Assembly (NCBI GenBank): GCA_045805385.1
Contig: JBJMLG010000231.1
Coordinates: 1-59,607 of the forward strand
Direction of reading: 5' to 3'
DNA length: 59,607 nucleotides
From: Thermoleophilaceae bacterium
GTDB lineage: Bacteria; Actinomycetota; Thermoleophilia; Solirubrobacterales; Thermoleophilaceae
Shown here: positions 8,584 to 18,394 of the stretch, one piece after another
Numbering within the stretch: position 1 is the first letter of the stretch
Layout of the letters: the number at the start of each line of letters is the position of its first letter
Made by a program: the position numbers and the translations under genes
The notes under the pieces: generated by a model
What the model was told of the DNA's origin: nothing
The model's database searches: none
What the model saw: only the letters and a program-made list of their open reading frames with translations

Positions 8584-9260
8584 ACGTGCTGGGCTTCGAC
8601 ACCTCCACGGCAGCCACGAGCGCCTGCGTTCTGCGCGACGACGGCGCCGCCTTCGAGTTCGTTCCACTGGTGGAGGCGCTCGGCGAGCCGCCCGCGCACG
8701 CGCGCGAGCTGCTGCCGGAGGCAGCGGCCTGCCTCGGACGCGCGGGACTCACGTTCGAGCAGGTGGGCATGATCGCGGTGGGGGTGGGCCCGGGCACGTT
8801 CACCGGGCTGCGAATCGGCGTCGCGACGGCGCGCGGGCTCGCTCACGCGCACGGTATCGAGGTACGACCGGTGTCCTCGCTGGCGGCGCTCGCGGAGGGA
8901 ATCGAGGCGCCGCTTCGCCTGGCGCTGATCGACGCCAAGCGGGGCGAGGTCTTCGCGGCCCTCTACGACGACGGGAGCGAGCGCATCGCGCCGTTCGCGG
9001 CGGCGCCCGAGGCGCTCATCGAGCGTCTCGGCGCAGAGGGTCTGCAAGGTGACGAATCGCTGCTGGCAGCGGGCGACGGCTCGCTACGATTTCGAGAGGT
9101 TCTGGAGGCGCGCGGCGTGGCTGTCGCCGCGCCGGATTCCGCGTCGCACGTCGTTAGAGCCCTTCACCTGTGCCGCCTGGCAGGGCAGACTTCTCCAGTG
9201 CCCGCCGACGCGGTGCTCCCGCACTATCTGCGCGACCCGGACGCCAAGCCATCAAGTTGA
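8580..9260 (+). CDS. tsaB: tRNA t6A37 biosynthesis protein TsaB
   Basis: VNVLGFDTSTAATSACV...GVGPGTFTGLRIGVATARGLA. The GTG start overlaps the tsaE stop (GTGA at 8580-8583). Confidence 0.85.
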   Translation: MNVLGFDTSTAATSACVLRDDGAAFEFVPLVEALGEPPAHARELLPEAAACLGRAGLTFEQVGMIAVGVGPGTFTGLRIGVATARGLAHAHGIEVRPVSSLAALAEGIEAPLRLALIDAKRGEVFAALYDDGSERIAPFAAAPEALIERLGAEGLQGDESLLAAGDGSLRFREVLEARGVAVAAPDSASHVVRALHLCRLAGQTSPVPADAVLPHYLRDPDAKPSS

Positions 9261-9760
9261 CCCCGCCACTCGAGATACGCCGCCTCAGCTACTCGGACCT
9301 GCCGCAGGTGATCGCCATCGAGCGGCGCGCATTTCCGACGCCCTGGTCGCTCGCGATGTTCGTGCTCGAGCTGTCGAAGCCGTCCGGCATCTGCCTGGCC
9401 GCCACGATCGACGGGAAGATCGCCGGCTACCTGGTTTGCTCGCGCTACGACACGGTGTGGCACGTGATGAACGTGGCTGTCGACGACCGCCGCCGCCGCA
9501 GGGGCATTGCTACCGCTCTACTGAACCGGCTGTTCGACACAGCCGACCGCCCGGGCGAGCAGTACACGCTCGAGGTGCGCGAGTCGAACTCCTCGGCGAT
9601 CGCGCTGTACGAGCGCTTCGGCTTCCGCTCGGCCGGCAAGCGGCGCGGCTACTACCACGACAACAAGGAAGACGCGCTCATCATGTGGCGCACCGCCGAC
9701 GTGGGCGCGGCGGGCGACGGCGCCGATCGCCAGGCGTCGGAGCGCGCCGCACCGGCGTGA
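9257..9760 (+). CDS. rimI: Ribosomal-protein-alanine N-acetyltransferase (GNAT)
   Basis: IRRLSYSDLPQVIAIERRAFPTPWS...VAVDDRRRRRGIATALL...LEVRESNSSAIALYERFGF. The TTG start overlaps the tsaB stop (TTGA). The start codon choice is tentative. Confidence 0.8.
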   Translation: MTPPLEIRRLSYSDLPQVIAIERRAFPTPWSLAMFVLELSKPSGICLAATIDGKIAGYLVCSRYDTVWHVMNVAVDDRRRRRGIATALLNRLFDTADRPGEQYTLEVRESNSSAIALYERFGFRSAGKRRGYYHDNKEDALIMWRTADVGAAGDGADRQASERAAPA

Positions 9761-10740
9761 TCCTCGGGATCGAGACGAGCTGCGACGACACCTGCGCGGC
9801 TGTGGTGACGGCCGCTGGTGAGATCCGCTCGAACATCGTCGCGTCACAGGGCCTCCTGCACGAGCGCTATGGCGGGGTTGTCCCGGAGATCGCCTCACGG
9901 CACCATCTCGAGCTGCTCGACGCGGTGATCGACGACGCGCTCGAGCGCGCCGACGCGACGCTCGACGACATCGAGACGCTGGCGGTCACGCAGGGGCCGG
10001 GCCTGATAGGCGCGCTGCTCGTGGGCGTGTCCGAGGCAAAGGCGATCGCGGCGGCGCGTCGGCTGCCGCTCGCGCCCGTCGACCACCTGCACGGGCACGT
10101 GCTGGCCAGCACGCTCGGCGACGACCCGGTCGATCCGCCGTATCTCTGCCTCGTGGCGAGCGGCGGTCACACGTTTGTCGCCCGTGTGGACGAGCTCTCC
10201 TCGCACCGCCGCCTCGGCACCACGCTCGACGACGCCGCCGGCGAGGCCTTCGACAAGGGCGCGCGGATCCTGGGACTCGGCTACCCGGGCGGACCGGCGA
10301 TCGACCGGTTGGCGCGGGAGGGCGGCCCCACCGCCTTCGACTTCCCGCGCTCGGCGCCGGGCGAGCTCGACTTCAGCTTTTCGGGCCTCAAGACGTCGCT
10401 GCTCTACACCGTGCGCGACCTCGGCGAGCAGGAGGCCGAGCGGCGCAAGGCCGACCTCGCCGCCTCCTACCAGCGCGCGATCGTGGACGCGCTCGTGGCG
10501 CGCGTGAGAAAGGCGATCGACCTCACGGGCCTGGACCGCCTCGCGATCGGCGGCGGCGTAGCCGCAAACCGCGAGCTGCGCGAGCGAGTGACCGAGCTCG
10601 GCGTGCGCGTGTGGATACCGGACGTCTCCCTCTGCACGGACAACGCGGCGATGATCGCGGGCGCCGCTCGCTTCCAGGAGCCGCTCCAGTTTCCCGGATA
10701 CCTTGCGCTCGACGCCTCGGCGAGGCCGGTGGCCGCGTGA
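9757..10740 (+). CDS. tsaD: tRNA N6-adenosine threonylcarbamoyltransferase TsaD
   Basis: VILGIETSCDDTCAAVV...VDHLHGHV...LVASGGHT...GGVAAN. The GTG start overlaps the rimI stop (GTGA). Confidence 0.92.
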   Translation: MILGIETSCDDTCAAVVTAAGEIRSNIVASQGLLHERYGGVVPEIASRHHLELLDAVIDDALERADATLDDIETLAVTQGPGLIGALLVGVSEAKAIAAARRLPLAPVDHLHGHVLASTLGDDPVDPPYLCLVASGGHTFVARVDELSSHRRLGTTLDDAAGEAFDKGARILGLGYPGGPAIDRLAREGGPTAFDFPRSAPGELDFSFSGLKTSLLYTVRDLGEQEAERRKADLAASYQRAIVDALVARVRKAIDLTGLDRLAIGGGVAANRELRERVTELGVRVWIPDVSLCTDNAAMIAGAARFQEPLQFPGYLALDASARPVAA

Positions 10741-10982
10741 GATCGGTCACGCTCTACGGCAAGCCGGGCTGCTGCCTCTGCGACGACGCCCGCAAGGTGG
10801 TCCTAGCGGTGCGCGAGAGCAGGCCTTTCGCTCTGGAAGAGGTGGACGTGACCCTCGACCCGGCTATGCATCGCGAGTACGGCGAACGCATCCCCGTCGT
10901 GGCGGTCGACGGCGAGGAGCTGTTCGAGTATCACGTGGACGCGGATGCGCTTGCGGAGTCTGTCAGTAGAGTGGAGACGTGA
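10737..10982 (+). CDS. Glutaredoxin-like protein (DUF836 family)
   Basis: VTLYGKPGCCLCDDARKVV...LEEVDVTLDPAMHREYGERIPVVAVDGEEL. The GTG start overlaps the tsaD stop. Confidence 0.7.
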   Translation: MRSVTLYGKPGCCLCDDARKVVLAVRESRPFALEEVDVTLDPAMHREYGERIPVVAVDGEELFEYHVDADALAESVSRVET

Positions 10983-11659
10983 CCATCAACCAGCTCTATG
11001 ACGGCAGCTCCGAGGTGGCCGAGGGCTCGGGCGAGCGCCTCTCTCTCGGAGTCGCGGCTCGCCTCTCTCGCTACCTTCAGGTGCTCACGCAGGCCAAGAA
11101 GATGGGCAAGGAGACGATCTCCTCCCAGGAGCTTGCGGACTACACGCACGTCAACTCAACTCAGATTCGCCGGGACCTCTCCGGCTTCGGAAAGTTCGGC
11201 AAGCGAGGGGTCGGCTACAACGTCGACTCGCTGGTCTCGCAGATCCGCAAGATCCTGCGCACGGCCGGGCAGCACAACATCGCGCTGTTCGGCGCGGGCC
11301 ATCTCGGCCAGGCGATCGCGAGCTCCGACATCTTCGCGGACCACGGCTTCCGCGTGGTCGCGATCTTCGACAACTCGGACCGGAAGATCGGCCAGCAGGT
11401 CGGCGAGGGCAAGACCGCACTCAAGGTGCGGCCGACTGGCGACCTCGACAAGGTCGTGCAGGAGGAGGACATCGTGGTGGGCGTCATCGCGGTGCCCACG
11501 GAGGCCGCCCAGGCGGTTGCCGACGACCTCGTCGAGGCCGGCGTGAAGATCATCTTCAACTACTCCGAGGCGCTGCTGCAGGTGCCGCCGGACGTGACGG
11601 TGCACACGTCGAGCCCGGCTGTGGATCTGCTGTACGCGCTCTACTTCTACTTGACGTAG
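10979..11659 (+). CDS. rex: Redox-sensing transcriptional repressor Rex
   Basis: LSRYLQVL...ISSQELADYTHVNSTQIRRDLSGFGKFGKRGVGYNV, then Rossmann segment IALFGAGHLGQAIA. The GTG start overlaps the upstream stop. Confidence 0.9.
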   Translation: MTINQLYDGSSEVAEGSGERLSLGVAARLSRYLQVLTQAKKMGKETISSQELADYTHVNSTQIRRDLSGFGKFGKRGVGYNVDSLVSQIRKILRTAGQHNIALFGAGHLGQAIASSDIFADHGFRVVAIFDNSDRKIGQQVGEGKTALKVRPTGDLDKVVQEEDIVVGVIAVPTEAAQAVADDLVEAGVKIIFNYSEALLQVPPDVTVHTSSPAVDLLYALYFYLT

Positions 11660-11674
11660 ACCCCGCCCACCGCG

Positions 11675-12820
11675 ATGCACGCCGCCGCTCTGCGGGAGGT
11701 CTTCGAGGCCTCCGAGGACTTCACGGTTGGGCTCGAAGAGGAGTTCGGGATTCTCGACCCGAACAGCCGCGACCTCGCGCAGCGGTTCGAGGAGCTGAAG
11801 CAGGCCGCCCAGCAGGACGACGTGCTCGCGGCATCGATCGCGGGCGAGCTGATCTCCTCGGAAATCGAGATCCGCTCGGGCCGGGGGCAGACGCTTGCCG
11901 ACGCCCTCACGGCGCAGCACGACCTGCGCCGGCGGCTGTTCCGTCTCGCCGTCGATCAGGGCGTACTGCTCGGGGCGACCGGTACGCACCCCTGGGCCGA
12001 CTACCGCGAGCAGCGGATCATCGACACCGAGCACTACCGCCGCGTGGAGGAAGGGCTGAAGTACGTGGCCTGGCGTAACAACACGTTCAGCACGCACGTG
12101 CATGTGGGCGTGAAGGGCGCCGATCGCGCGGTCGCGGTGTGCGACCGCCTGCGCCCGGTGCTGCCCGAGCTGCTGGCCATCTCGGCCAACTCGATCTTCC
12201 TCGACGGCCGCGACACGGGGCTCCACACGGTCCGCACCCAGATCTTCACGAAGAGCTTCCCGCGCTGCGGGATCCCGGACCACTACGGCAGCGCCGCCGC
12301 CTACGACGAGTACATCGACCTGCTCTACCGGACGGGCTCGATCGTGGAGGACACGCAGATCTGGTGGAGCATCCGACCCCACCGCTCGTTCGGCACGGTC
12401 GAGGTGCGCATCTGCGACGCGCAGACCACGGCTGAGGAGTCGAACGCGCTCGAGGCGCTCATCACCGCATGCGTGGCCCAGGCGGTGATGGACCACGACG
12501 AGGGCGTGCCGTACGAGCCGAAGTCTCGCCGGCTGATCGAGGAGAACTTCTGGCGCGCGATCCGATACGGGCTCGACGGCAAGATGCTCGACCTCGACCG
12601 CCTCGAGGAGTTCCCGGCGGCCGCGCTGCCGGACCGGCTGCTGGCCTGGAGCGCCCCCGCGAGGGCGTTGCTCGGCATCGACGTGCAGCTGCCGGCCGAG
12701 AACGGCGCCCAGCGGCAGCGACGCGCGCTTCAGGCTGGTGCGAGCATTGAGGAGGTCTACGCCGCGGAGGTCGAGGCCACGCAGAGGACCTACGCCGCGG
12801 CAGAGGGGGTGGCGACTTGA
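11675..12820 (+). CDS. Carboxylate-amine ligase, glutamate--cysteine ligase family 2 (YbdK-like)
   Basis: FTVGLEEEFGILDP...STHVHVG...WWSIRPH..GTVEVRICDAQ. Confidence 0.85.
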   Translation: MHAAALREVFEASEDFTVGLEEEFGILDPNSRDLAQRFEELKQAAQQDDVLAASIAGELISSEIEIRSGRGQTLADALTAQHDLRRRLFRLAVDQGVLLGATGTHPWADYREQRIIDTEHYRRVEEGLKYVAWRNNTFSTHVHVGVKGADRAVAVCDRLRPVLPELLAISANSIFLDGRDTGLHTVRTQIFTKSFPRCGIPDHYGSAAAYDEYIDLLYRTGSIVEDTQIWWSIRPHRSFGTVEVRICDAQTTAEESNALEALITACVAQAVMDHDEGVPYEPKSRRLIEENFWRAIRYGLDGKMLDLDRLEEFPAAALPDRLLAWSAPARALLGIDVQLPAENGAQRQRRALQAGASIEEVYAAEVEATQRTYAAAEGVAT

Positions 12821-13227
12821 CGCAGGAAGGACAGGGAGGACCGCCGCGGGAGCCGACGGAGGAGGAGCTCCGCGCCGCGCTCGAGGAGCAGATGCGCCGG
12901 ATCACGGTGCACGACGTGGTGCTCCAGACGGTCGTGAGCCTGGTGAACCTGACCGGGCGCCGGCTCGGGCTCACCGGCTCGCCGGAGGAAAAGGATCTCG
13001 AGCAGGCGCAGATGGGCATCGACGCGGTGCGGGCGCTGCTGCCGCTTCTGCCAGAAGAGGAGATGGCGCCCGTCCGCGACGCGCTCTCCCAGCTCCAGGT
13101 GGCATACGCCCGCGAGGCGGGAGGAGGCGGCGGCGAGCCGCAAGCCGATCCCACGGCCGAGCAGTCGACCGAGGAGCAGGAGCGCGCCAAGGCTCGCTCC
13201 AAGCTCTGGACGCCGCCTGGCACGTGA
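12817..13227 (+). CDS. Acidic hypothetical protein, DUF1844-like
   Basis: The TTG start overlaps the upstream stop (TTGA). Helical core VHDVVLQTVVSLVNLTGRRLGL...DLEQAQMGIDAVRALLPLL...LSQLQVAY resembles DUF1844 from memory. Not verified. Confidence 0.5.
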   Translation: MTQEGQGGPPREPTEEELRAALEEQMRRITVHDVVLQTVVSLVNLTGRRLGLTGSPEEKDLEQAQMGIDAVRALLPLLPEEEMAPVRDALSQLQVAYAREAGGGGGEPQADPTAEQSTEEQERAKARSKLWTPPGT

Positions 13228-14033
13228 GCCCCGAGGCGCGGCCGCACGTCGGCATCTTCGGCGGCTCGGGCTTCTACGAGTTCCTCGACGACACCGAGGA
13301 CGTGACGGTGGAGACGCCTTACGGGCCTCACTCTGCGCCGGTCCGGATCGGCCACATCGACGGCACGGCGGTGGCGTTCATGCCGCGCCACGGCGACAGG
13401 CACGAGCTGCCTCCGCACCGCATCGACTACCGCGCCAACCTCTGGGCGATGAAGGAGGTGGGCGTCCGCCGGCTGATCGGGCCGTGCGCCTGCGGCTCCC
13501 TGAAGCCCGAGCTTCAGCCCGGCACGTTCGTCGTCGTGGACCAGTTCGTGGACCGCACGCGAGGGCGCGCCGACACCTTCTACGACGGGCCGCGCACCAC
13601 GCACGTCTCCGCCGCCGAGCCGTACTGCCCTGAGCTCCGCCGCGTCCTCGTGGACTGCGCTCGCGAGCTGGGCATCCCGGTCGTGGAGGGCGGTACGGTG
13701 GTTGTGATCCAGGGTCCGCGCTTCTCCACCAGGGCGGAGTCGCGCTGGTTCTCGGCGGCGGGCTGGGACGTGGTGAACATGACGCAGTACCCCGAGGCGT
13801 GGCTCGCCCGCGAGCTCGAGCTCTGCTACGCGAACGTCTCGCTCGTCACCGACTACGACGTCGGACTGGAGGGAAGCCCGCACATAGAGCCGGTCTCGGC
13901 CGATATGGCCTTCCGGGTGTTCGCCGAGAACCTCGCTAAACTGCGCGACCTCTTATTCCAGGCGGTGCCCAAAATCGGGCCGCAGCCGGAAGACATCTGC
14001 GCGACGGCGCTTCAGAACGCGATAGCTCACTGA
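13224..14033 (+). CDS. mtnP: S-methyl-5'-thioadenosine phosphorylase
   Basis: [12 protein letters not shown]...[28 protein letters not shown]...[15 protein letters not shown]. The GTG start overlaps the upstream stop (GTGA). Confidence 0.9.
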   Translation: MSPEARPHVGIFGGSGFYEFLDDTEDVTVETPYGPHSAPVRIGHIDGTAVAFMPRHGDRHELPPHRIDYRANLWAMKEVGVRRLIGPCACGSLKPELQPGTFVVVDQFVDRTRGRADTFYDGPRTTHVSAAEPYCPELRRVLVDCARELGIPVVEGGTVVVIQGPRFSTRAESRWFSAAGWDVVNMTQYPEAWLARELELCYANVSLVTDYDVGLEGSPHIEPVSADMAFRVFAENLAKLRDLLFQAVPKIGPQPEDICATALQNAIAH

Positions 14034-14103
14034 AGCGACGGAGCGCGCGAGATCCGGCACCCGCTCGCGGGTCCCAGGGCATCCGAATCCGGAGGATCAC
14101 TTC

Positions 14104-16173
14104 TTGAGCACAGTTGATTGGGGAATCATCGGCGCGCTTGGCTGCGCCGGGGCGGCCGTGGTCTACGGACTGACCACAACGCGCTGGCTGCTGGCCATGT
14201 CGCCCGGTAGCGAGACGATGGTGAACATCTCTCGCGCGGTGCAGGAGGGGGCGGAGGCCTACCTCAAGCGCCAGTACCAGATCATCGCCGGCGTAGCCGT
14301 CGTGATCGCCATCATCCTCGCCGTCGCGATCGACGTCCGCACCGGCATCGGCTTCGTGATCGGTGGCGTGCTTTCGGGCTCCGCCGGCTTCATCGGCATG
14401 AACGTGTCGGTGCGCGCGAACGCGCGAGTGGCCGAGAGGGCTCGCCTGGGCGTTGGCGCCGCGCTCGAGGTCGCGTTCCGCGGCGGTGCCGTCACCGGCC
14501 TGCTGGTCGCCGGTCTCGCGCTGCTGGGCGTGGCCGGTTACTTCGGCGTGCTGCTGCTGGCCGGCGAGAGCGACAAGACAGCGGTCGACGCCCTCGTGGG
14601 CCTCGGCTTCGGCGGCTCGCTGATCTCGGTGTTCGCCCGTCTTGGCGGCGGCATCTTCACGAAGGCAGCCGACGTCGGCGCCGACCTGGTCGGCAAGATC
14701 GAGGCGGGCATCCCCGAGGACGACCCGCGCAACCCCGCCGTGATTGCCGACAACGTCGGCGACAACGTGGGCGACTGCGCCGGCATGGCGGCCGACCTCT
14801 TCGAGACATACGCGGTCACCGCGGTGGCGGTGATGCTGCTCGGCGTGCTCGCGTTCACGAACCAGCGCGACGCCGCCGTGTTCCCGCTCGTCGTGGGCGG
14901 GGTGTCGATCCTCGCCTCGATCATCGGCACCTTCTTCGTCCGCAGCCGCGCCGGCAACGTCGAGCGCGCGCTCTACCAGGGCCTGATTGCGTCCGCCGTG
15001 ATCGCGGCGATCGCGTTCATCCCGGTCACGCAGTGGCTGATGGACAACCTGCACGTCAAGCCGGGCGCTCCCGCCCTGCTGCACGGCGCCATCGGCGCCG
15101 GGCCGTGGGACTACTGGCTCTGCACGCTGATCGGCCTCGGCGTCACGGCGGGCCTCTTCGTGATCACGGACTACTACACGTCCACCCGCTTCCGTCCAGT
15201 GCGCACCACCGCGCGCGCATCGCAGACGGGTCACGCCACGAACATCATCCAGGGCCTCGCGCAGGGCTTCCAGTCCACCGCGGCGCCCGCGATTCTGATC
15301 GCGCTCGGCATCCTCGGCGCGAACTCGCTCGCCGGCATCTACGGCGTCGGCGTGGCGGTGATGGCTCAGCTCTCGCTTACCGGCCTGATCGTGGCGCTCG
15401 ATGCCTTCGGCCCGATCACCGATAACGCCGGCGGCATCGCCGAGATGGCGGACCTGCCCGAGGAGGTACGCAACGTCACCGACCCGCTGGACGCGGTCGG
15501 CAACACCACGAAGGCCGTCACCAAGGGCTACGCGATCGGCTCCGCCGTGCTCGCCGCGCTCGTGCTGTTCGCGGCGTTCGTGATCGAGTTGCAGGACGAG
15601 GCGGGCACCAAGGCGTTGAAGGGCTTCGACCTGTCGCAGCCCAACGTTCTCATCGGCCTGCTGATCGGCGGCATGATGGTGTACCTGTTCTCCGCCCTCG
15701 CGATCGAGGCGGTCGGCCGCGCCGGAGGCGGCGTGGTGGAGGAGGTGCGCCGCCAGTTCCGGGAGAAGCCCGGCATCATGGAGGGCACGGAGACGCCTGA
15801 CTACGCCCGCGCGGTGTCGATCGTGACGGCTGCGGCGCAGCGGGAGATGATCCTCCCGGCGCTCATCCCGATCGTGATCCCGCTAGTGGTCGGGCTGCTG
15901 TCCTACCAGGCGCTCGGCGGCCTGCTGATCGGGGTGATCGTGGTGGGATTCTTCGCCGCGGTCTCGATGACCTCGGGCGGCGGCGCGTGGGACAACGCCA
16001 AGAAGCTGATCGAGGACGGCGAGTTCGGCGGCAAGGGCTCGGAGGCCCACGCTGCCTCGGTCACCGGTGACACGGTCGGCGATCCCTACAAGGACACGGC
16101 CGGGCCGGCGATCAACCCGATGATCAAGGTCGCGAACATCGTGGCCATCCTGATCATCCCCTTCCTGGTCTAG
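14104..16173 (+). CDS. hppA: Membrane-bound H+/Na+-translocating pyrophosphatase
   Basis: [55 protein letters not shown] and DNAKK...[29 protein letters not shown] upstream of the TTG start. Confidence 0.93.
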   Translation: MSTVDWGIIGALGCAGAAVVYGLTTTRWLLAMSPGSETMVNISRAVQEGAEAYLKRQYQIIAGVAVVIAIILAVAIDVRTGIGFVIGGVLSGSAGFIGMNVSVRANARVAERARLGVGAALEVAFRGGAVTGLLVAGLALLGVAGYFGVLLLAGESDKTAVDALVGLGFGGSLISVFARLGGGIFTKAADVGADLVGKIEAGIPEDDPRNPAVIADNVGDNVGDCAGMAADLFETYAVTAVAVMLLGVLAFTNQRDAAVFPLVVGGVSILASIIGTFFVRSRAGNVERALYQGLIASAVIAAIAFIPVTQWLMDNLHVKPGAPALLHGAIGAGPWDYWLCTLIGLGVTAGLFVITDYYTSTRFRPVRTTARASQTGHATNIIQGLAQGFQSTAAPAILIALGILGANSLAGIYGVGVAVMAQLSLTGLIVALDAFGPITDNAGGIAEMADLPEEVRNVTDPLDAVGNTTKAVTKGYAIGSAVLAALVLFAAFVIELQDEAGTKALKGFDLSQPNVLIGLLIGGMMVYLFSALAIEAVGRAGGGVVEEVRRQFREKPGIMEGTETPDYARAVSIVTAAAQREMILPALIPIVIPLVVGLLSYQALGGLLIGVIVVGFFAAVSMTSGGGAWDNAKKLIEDGEFGGKGSEAHAASVTGDTVGDPYKDTAGPAINPMIKVANIVAILIIPFLV

Positions 16174-16196
16174 GCGGGGTCTGAACTGGCGATTTT

Positions 16197-16234
16197 CCGG
16201 GCCCGGGGTTTCGCCCTCGGGCCCGGTTTCGTTT
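16197..16234 (+). terminator. Intrinsic terminator after hppA
   Basis: 12-bp stem CCGGGCCCGGGG / CCCTCGGGCCCGG (one G-U pair) followed by TTTCGTTTCG. Confidence 0.75.
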
Positions 16235-16286
16235 CGGGTCCTTTTGAGCAAATGTCTCTCCGGCTGGTTGTAGGTTTCGCCTAGGG

Positions 16287-18170
16287 ATGGCCGAACGCAG
16301 GCCCAAGAACCAGGGACTCGAGCGCGTGCTCGGCACGGGGGCGCTCTTCAGCACCGCCTACGGCAACGTGGGCAGCTCGATCTACTACGCCCTCGGGCTG
16401 GTGGCGTCGTTCGCGCTGGGGATGACGCCGGTGGTCTTCATCATCTCCGGGCTCATCTTCGCGGCGACCGCCGCCACCTACGCCGAGGCCACGGCGATGT
16501 ACCCGGAGGCAGGCGGCTCGTCGTCGTTCGCGCGACATGCCTTCAACGAGTTCTGGTCCTTCTTCGCCGCCTGGGGCCAGATGCTCAACTACATCATCAC
16601 GGTCGCCATCTCGGCGTTCTTCGTGCCGCACTACCTCGGCGTGTTCTGGGCGCCGCTGCGGTCGTCCCCCGGTGACATCTTCTTCGGTATCGGCGTGGTC
16701 GTCCTGCTGGGCCTGCTCAACATCGTCGGCCTGAGGGAGGCGGCCGGCCTGAACATCTTCCTCGCGATCGCCGACTTCATCACGCAGCTGCTCCTCGTGG
16801 TCGCGGGCTTCGTGCTGGTGTTCTCACCATCCACGCTTATCAACAACATCGACTTCGGCACCTACCCGACGGTCACGGACTTCCTGATCGCGATCCCGGT
16901 CGGAATGGTGGCCTACACCGGTATCGAGACGATCTCCAACATGGCCGAGGAGGCGACCGACTACGGCCGAACCATCCCGAGATCGATCGGCTTCGTGGTG
17001 GCCGCCGTGGTCGCCATCTACGCGTTCCTCCCGTCGATCGCGCTCTCGGCCATGCCGGTCAAGAACGGCCAGACGCTGCTTGCCCTGTCCGAGGAGAAGG
17101 GCGGCTACGCCGGCGACCCGATCCTGGGCGTCGTGAAGAACATGGATCTGGGCTTCCTCCAGCACCCTGCGGAGATCTACGTGGGCATCCTGGCCGCCAC
17201 GATCCTGTTCATCGCCACGAACGCGGGTCTGATCGGGGTTTCGCGGCTCACGTACTCGATGGGCCAGCACCGCCAGCTCCCCGAGCGCCTGCGCCAGCTG
17301 CATCCGCGCTTCCGCACTCCGTACATCGCGATCCTGATGTTCGGGGCGGTCGCCTGCCTCACGATCATCCCCGGCAAGGCCGAGTTCCTCGGCCAGATCT
17401 ACGCCTTCGGCGCGATGCTGTCGTTCACGATCGCGCACGCCGCCGTGATTGCGCTCCGGCTCAAGGAGCCCGACCGGGAGCGGCCGTGGCGAGGGCCCGG
17501 GCAGATCCGGATCGCCGGCCGCGAGCTGCCGGTGTTCGCACTCGCCGGCGGCGCGGGCACCGGGGCGGCCTGGGTGGTGGTGACCGTGCTGAACAGCTCC
17601 ACGGCCATCGCGGGCGCGGTGTGGCTCGCGATCGGGATCTCGACCTACGTGATCTACCGCCGCCGGCAGGGTCTGGGCCTCACGCAGACGGCGAAGATCG
17701 TCCTGCCGCAGCCGATCGTGGAGCACGAGGTGGAGTACGACTCCGTGCTGGTCGCCTTCGAGGACGACGAGTACGCGCCTGAGGCCGTAGCGACGGCCGT
17801 GAAGCTGGCCGCGCGGCGCCGGCGCGGCATCCACGTGCTCGTGCTGATCACCGTGCCGGCCACCTCGCCGATCGACGCCGAGCTGCCCGAGCAGGAGGCC
17901 GCGGCGCAGGCCACCATCGACTCCGCGCACGTCCTGGGCGGGCGGCGCGTGACCGGTCACTGGGAGAAGGTGCGGCCCGGGGAGGGAGGGCGACGCGTGG
18001 TGGACGAGGCGCGCGACATCCGGGCACGCGCCATCGTGATGTCGGTGCCGCGGCGGCGTTCCGGCGGGACCACCTTCGGTCGAACCCTCGATACCGTGCT
18101 GGCGGAGCGGCCGGCGCGCGTGATCATCGAGTCCGCCAACGGCGCCGCTGAGCGCCGAGTGGCGGCCTGA
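16287..18170 (+). CDS. APC-superfamily permease fused to a C-terminal universal stress protein (Usp) domain
   Basis: N-terminus LGTGALFSTAYGNVGSSIYYALG and about 12 hydrophobic segments. C-terminal roughly 140 aa SVLVAFEDDEY...IHVLVLITVP...ARAIVMSVPRR... is Usp-like. Confidence 0.8.
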   Translation: MAERRPKNQGLERVLGTGALFSTAYGNVGSSIYYALGLVASFALGMTPVVFIISGLIFAATAATYAEATAMYPEAGGSSSFARHAFNEFWSFFAAWGQMLNYIITVAISAFFVPHYLGVFWAPLRSSPGDIFFGIGVVVLLGLLNIVGLREAAGLNIFLAIADFITQLLLVVAGFVLVFSPSTLINNIDFGTYPTVTDFLIAIPVGMVAYTGIETISNMAEEATDYGRTIPRSIGFVVAAVVAIYAFLPSIALSAMPVKNGQTLLALSEEKGGYAGDPILGVVKNMDLGFLQHPAEIYVGILAATILFIATNAGLIGVSRLTYSMGQHRQLPERLRQLHPRFRTPYIAILMFGAVACLTIIPGKAEFLGQIYAFGAMLSFTIAHAAVIALRLKEPDRERPWRGPGQIRIAGRELPVFALAGGAGTGAAWVVVTVLNSSTAIAGAVWLAIGISTYVIYRRRQGLGLTQTAKIVLPQPIVEHEVEYDSVLVAFEDDEYAPEAVATAVKLAARRRRGIHVLVLITVPATSPIDAELPEQEAAAQATIDSAHVLGGRRVTGHWEKVRPGEGGRRVVDEARDIRARAIVMSVPRRRSGGTTFGRTLDTVLAERPARVIIESANGAAERRVAA

Positions 18171-18190
18171 GCGGGTCTAACATCCCGCCG

Positions 18191-18394
18191 GTGCAGCGGG
18201 CCTACAGGGAGTCCACGCGCGTCATGGGCGCGCTCATCTTCGTCCTCGGAGTCGTGATGGTCGTGGTCACGCTCGCCCGCGGCGGCGGTCCGTTCGCCCT
18301 TGGGGTGGTGCTGGGCGTGCTGTTCGCGCTCCTCGGCGCGGCGCGCTATTACCTCGCCACCCGCCAGGAGCCGCGCTCGCGGCCACCGGCGTGA
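18191..18394 (+). CDS. Small two-TM membrane protein
   Basis: MGALIFVLGVVMVVVTLA and FALGVVLGVLFALLGAARYY hydrophobic helices. The stop overlaps the start of the next permease (GTGA). Confidence 0.45.
   Translation: MQRAYRESTRVMGALIFVLGVVMVVVTLARGGGPFALGVVLGVLFALLGAARYYLATRQEPRSRPPA

Noticed and set aside
9049-9756. Long N-terminal extensions of track ORFs. Examples: tsaD from 9049, mtnP from 12738, hisS from 32216, tsaE from 7738, trkA from 20488, aroE from 53885, panD to 6010, and the DUF2520-like gene to 7556
   Set aside because: The extensions overlap the preceding genes in another frame and translate to Arg/Pro-rich junk. The conserved N-termini of the real proteins begin at internal starts that form NTGA overlaps with the upstream stop codons.
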